Shown: one piece after another, positions 61,850 through 64,000 of the stretch
Position numbering within the stretch: the stretch's first letter is position 1
Layout of the letters: every line of letters starts with the position of its first letter
NCBI GenBank assembly: GCA_030295235.1
Contig: AP026128.1
Span: 992,001 to 1,056,000, forward strand
DNA: 64,000 nt
From: Fistulifera solaris
Lineage: Eukaryota
Direction: 5' to 3'
Notes under the pieces: generated by a model
The model's input: the letters and a program-made list of their open reading frames with translations, nothing else
Databases searched by the model: none
What the model was told of the DNA's origin: nothing
Position numbers and translations under genes: made by a program

Positions 61850-63055
61850 CTAACGCTCTAATGTGGCGGCGGCGCATTGGGCCGCCCGGGTCAATGCTTC
61901 TTGTGAAGCGGGTAAATCGAGTGCTGCTAACATGAGCAGAGGTGGCGCAAAGGCAATCGTCAAGTGAAAGGCGGCGTGCGACCAACCCCCAATAGGATAT
62001 TGAATAAACAACCAACCCGATATGAGCAATACGAACCAAAGCTTGAGGAAAAGTTCGGCATCGCCACGACGAAAAATCGGGATAGTATATGCGAGGATAC
62101 TGATTATGATGCGGATTTTGTTACGACGGGGCCGGACGCGGGTCTTGAATTGGCGATACATGCAATCGGCATTGAATAGACAGTTCGCCACGAAAAAGTC
62201 CCAGCTTCCGGACGTTGCATACGACATGCATGCAGAAGCAAAGTGAATCATAGCTTGATCCATTCGTCGACTCCAGTGAGTGGTTCGAGCAGCACCAGGA
62301 GGAAGTGAGTGAGCATACTTCCAGTGGTAAAGAAAAGAGAAGGGGGCATGAAAGATGATACCAAAGGCGGCGGCGAGTACTGGGAGGGGCGGCAAGGCCG
62401 GCATATTGTGCCATGACTGGTGAGCGAGACACCCATCTGGGACATTATAGCGATACGAAGCGTCGTTAAGGATTCCCTGTACAAGACTAGGATCGAGCCA
62501 GCGACCAGTCAAGAGGAAATAAATGCAATATAGAGGGCTGGGTATCATCGTGAGAGCGTTCCATTTCTCTTGGGTGGCAGTCATTTCACGCTTGGCCATG
62601 TATTGTTGCAAATCAAAGATAGGATCCTCTTTTGAGTGATAAGGAGGAATCACACGAAGCTTGGAACCTTCTTGAAAGTCAGGTCTGGGGGAATCTAGCA
62701 AGACCATTTCTTCTTGCTGTTGCTGTAACTCTCCGACGGTCGAAAGAGAGCTTCCCGACGAAATGCTACCCATGTCTTCCTCGTCATCGTCGCTTGCACC
62801 TTCTCGCGAAGGCAGACACAAAACATCTCCAGATGCTTTTTTATTATTCCAGCGTGCGACTAATTGTAAATCTTTCCATGAGTTTGACCGAGGCTTCTTA
62901 TCCGCCGAAGGTAGACTGCGGAAAAGCCAGTAACTCACTCGACCTCTACGACGTTTCTCGTCACCGTTTGTTTCTGCATTCTGTCCTTTCCGGTCTTCGG
63001 TCGAACGGGAAGTTCTCAATCGAGGTTGTGACTGAGCAAGAGGGGCGCTTTGCAT
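61850..63055 (-). CDS. Multi-pass membrane protein, CREST/PAQR-hemolysin III-like
   Basis: WNALT, SFLYH, DQAMIH and SHAAFH metal-binding-type motifs within hydrophobic helices. Confidence 0.65.
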   Translation of the reverse strand: MQSAPLAQSQPRLRTSRSTEDRKGQNAETNGDEKRRRGRVSYWLFRSLPSADKKPRSNSWKDLQLVARWNNKKASGDVLCLPSREGASDDDEEDMGSISSGSSLSTVGELQQQQEEMVLLDSPRPDFQEGSKLRVIPPYHSKEDPIFDLQQYMAKREMTATQEKWNALTMIPSPLYCIYFLLTGRWLDPSLVQGILNDASYRYNVPDGCLAHQSWHNMPALPPLPVLAAAFGIIFHAPFSFLYHWKYAHSLPPGAARTTHWSRRMDQAMIHFASACMSYATSGSWDFFVANCLFNADCMYRQFKTRVRPRRNKIRIIISILAYTIPIFRRGDAELFLKLWFVLLISGWLFIQYPIGGWSHAAFHLTIAFAPPLLMLAALDLPASQEALTRAAQCAAATLER

Positions 63056-64000
63056 TCTTCGTGAACGATCGCCGAGCAATGCCACTGCAGTTTTCAATAG
63101 GAGCGAACAATATTGCAGATAAGGAAAGAAGTGGTTGAGTGCGGGTTGCTAGGAATCGATAGAGCAATCGCAATGATCAAACAAAGCAAAGGGAATTGCG
63201 AGGACGGTTGTCTTCAACGGTTCGCTTCTCACGCACTCCGAGAAAATGCACGAGTTTCGGCTTCGCGAAGCACAAGAAGTGCGACAACGACACAATAGGA
63301 TAATAGACGAAGATGAGAAACGAGGTGGGCAGAGGAGCTGAAGGCGAAAATGACGAGCTGGTCACACAATGCAAAAGCACGGCGCACTGGGCACTGTCTC
63401 ATAAAATGTACCAAGTTCAAACCTTCAGCTGCTTAACCAACACTTTGATCCACAGTAAAATGCGACGTGGTGTCCTGACAAATAACAGACCGCCAATTGT
63501 CGAACAAGAAAAACGCGAAACAAGACTCTGTTGTCGTAATGGTTTCAGCCAAACAAGACCCACAGAAAACACGTCACGAATCACGAGTCGCGATCGCATC
63601 GAAGTTCGCGCTTCGCGCGACCAACCTGATTCATGCGAAGACAAGCGGTGATGGCGATAGGAAGAGAAGCAGACGATGGAGAAGACGTGAAGAGAAGCGC
63701 GTTATTCTTTGCTTCTCGCTGCCCGAAAAGGAACAAAGGGCATTGCTGCAGCACCTGCGGCAATTCCTTTACGTCCATACTGTCGATGCAACGAAAATTT
63801 CGAATGCCAATCACTGTTTTGAGGTATTCTTGTGCACTTGGATGTGAGTCTACGCGCGACGAGCACTTGTCCGCTTTATGGAGACGACAAGCTAGACTTT
63901 CAAACAAAAAGACGATCCACGAGTAGATGCGGGGTTATAAGGGACGAAAGGATACCCGAGAAAGATCCGGAATCATGGTGAACGTCTGAAATTCTTTTAG

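Overview
Eukaryotic nuclear DNA, most likely a pennate diatom. This is inferred from compact genes with short GT-AG introns, a DUF6824 protein, a bipartite plastid presequence on a fibrillin and a CoDi-type copia element. About 18 protein genes are recognisable: mitochondrial carrier, DUF6824 protein, GAA1, GH55 glucanase, a triple-kinase-domain CAMK, ankyrin protein, fibrillin, sulfotransferase-like protein, P-type ATPase, cyclophilin, two CBM6-GH5 glucanases, homocysteine S-methyltransferase, a CREST-like membrane protein and several hypotheticals. Mobile DNA comprises a complete 5.9-kb Mutator (MULE) element with 130-bp TIRs carrying transposase, SWIM and Ulp1 protease, a complete 6.8-kb Ty1/copia element with a 4-bp TSD, and a truncated CRE-like non-LTR fragment inserted inside a tandem-repeat unit. 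There are several satellites, three of which share a palindromic CCAGA-WWW-TCTGG core. The most notable items are a local inverted duplication with reciprocal gene loss (GH55/DUF6824), the bacterial-type beta-glucanase set, the kinase-kinase-pseudokinase protein and clusters of sequence-independent 7-bp microduplications. Many genes carry single-base frameshifts, probably assembly indels. All family calls come from motifs read by eye; no database search was run, so novelty is unproven.
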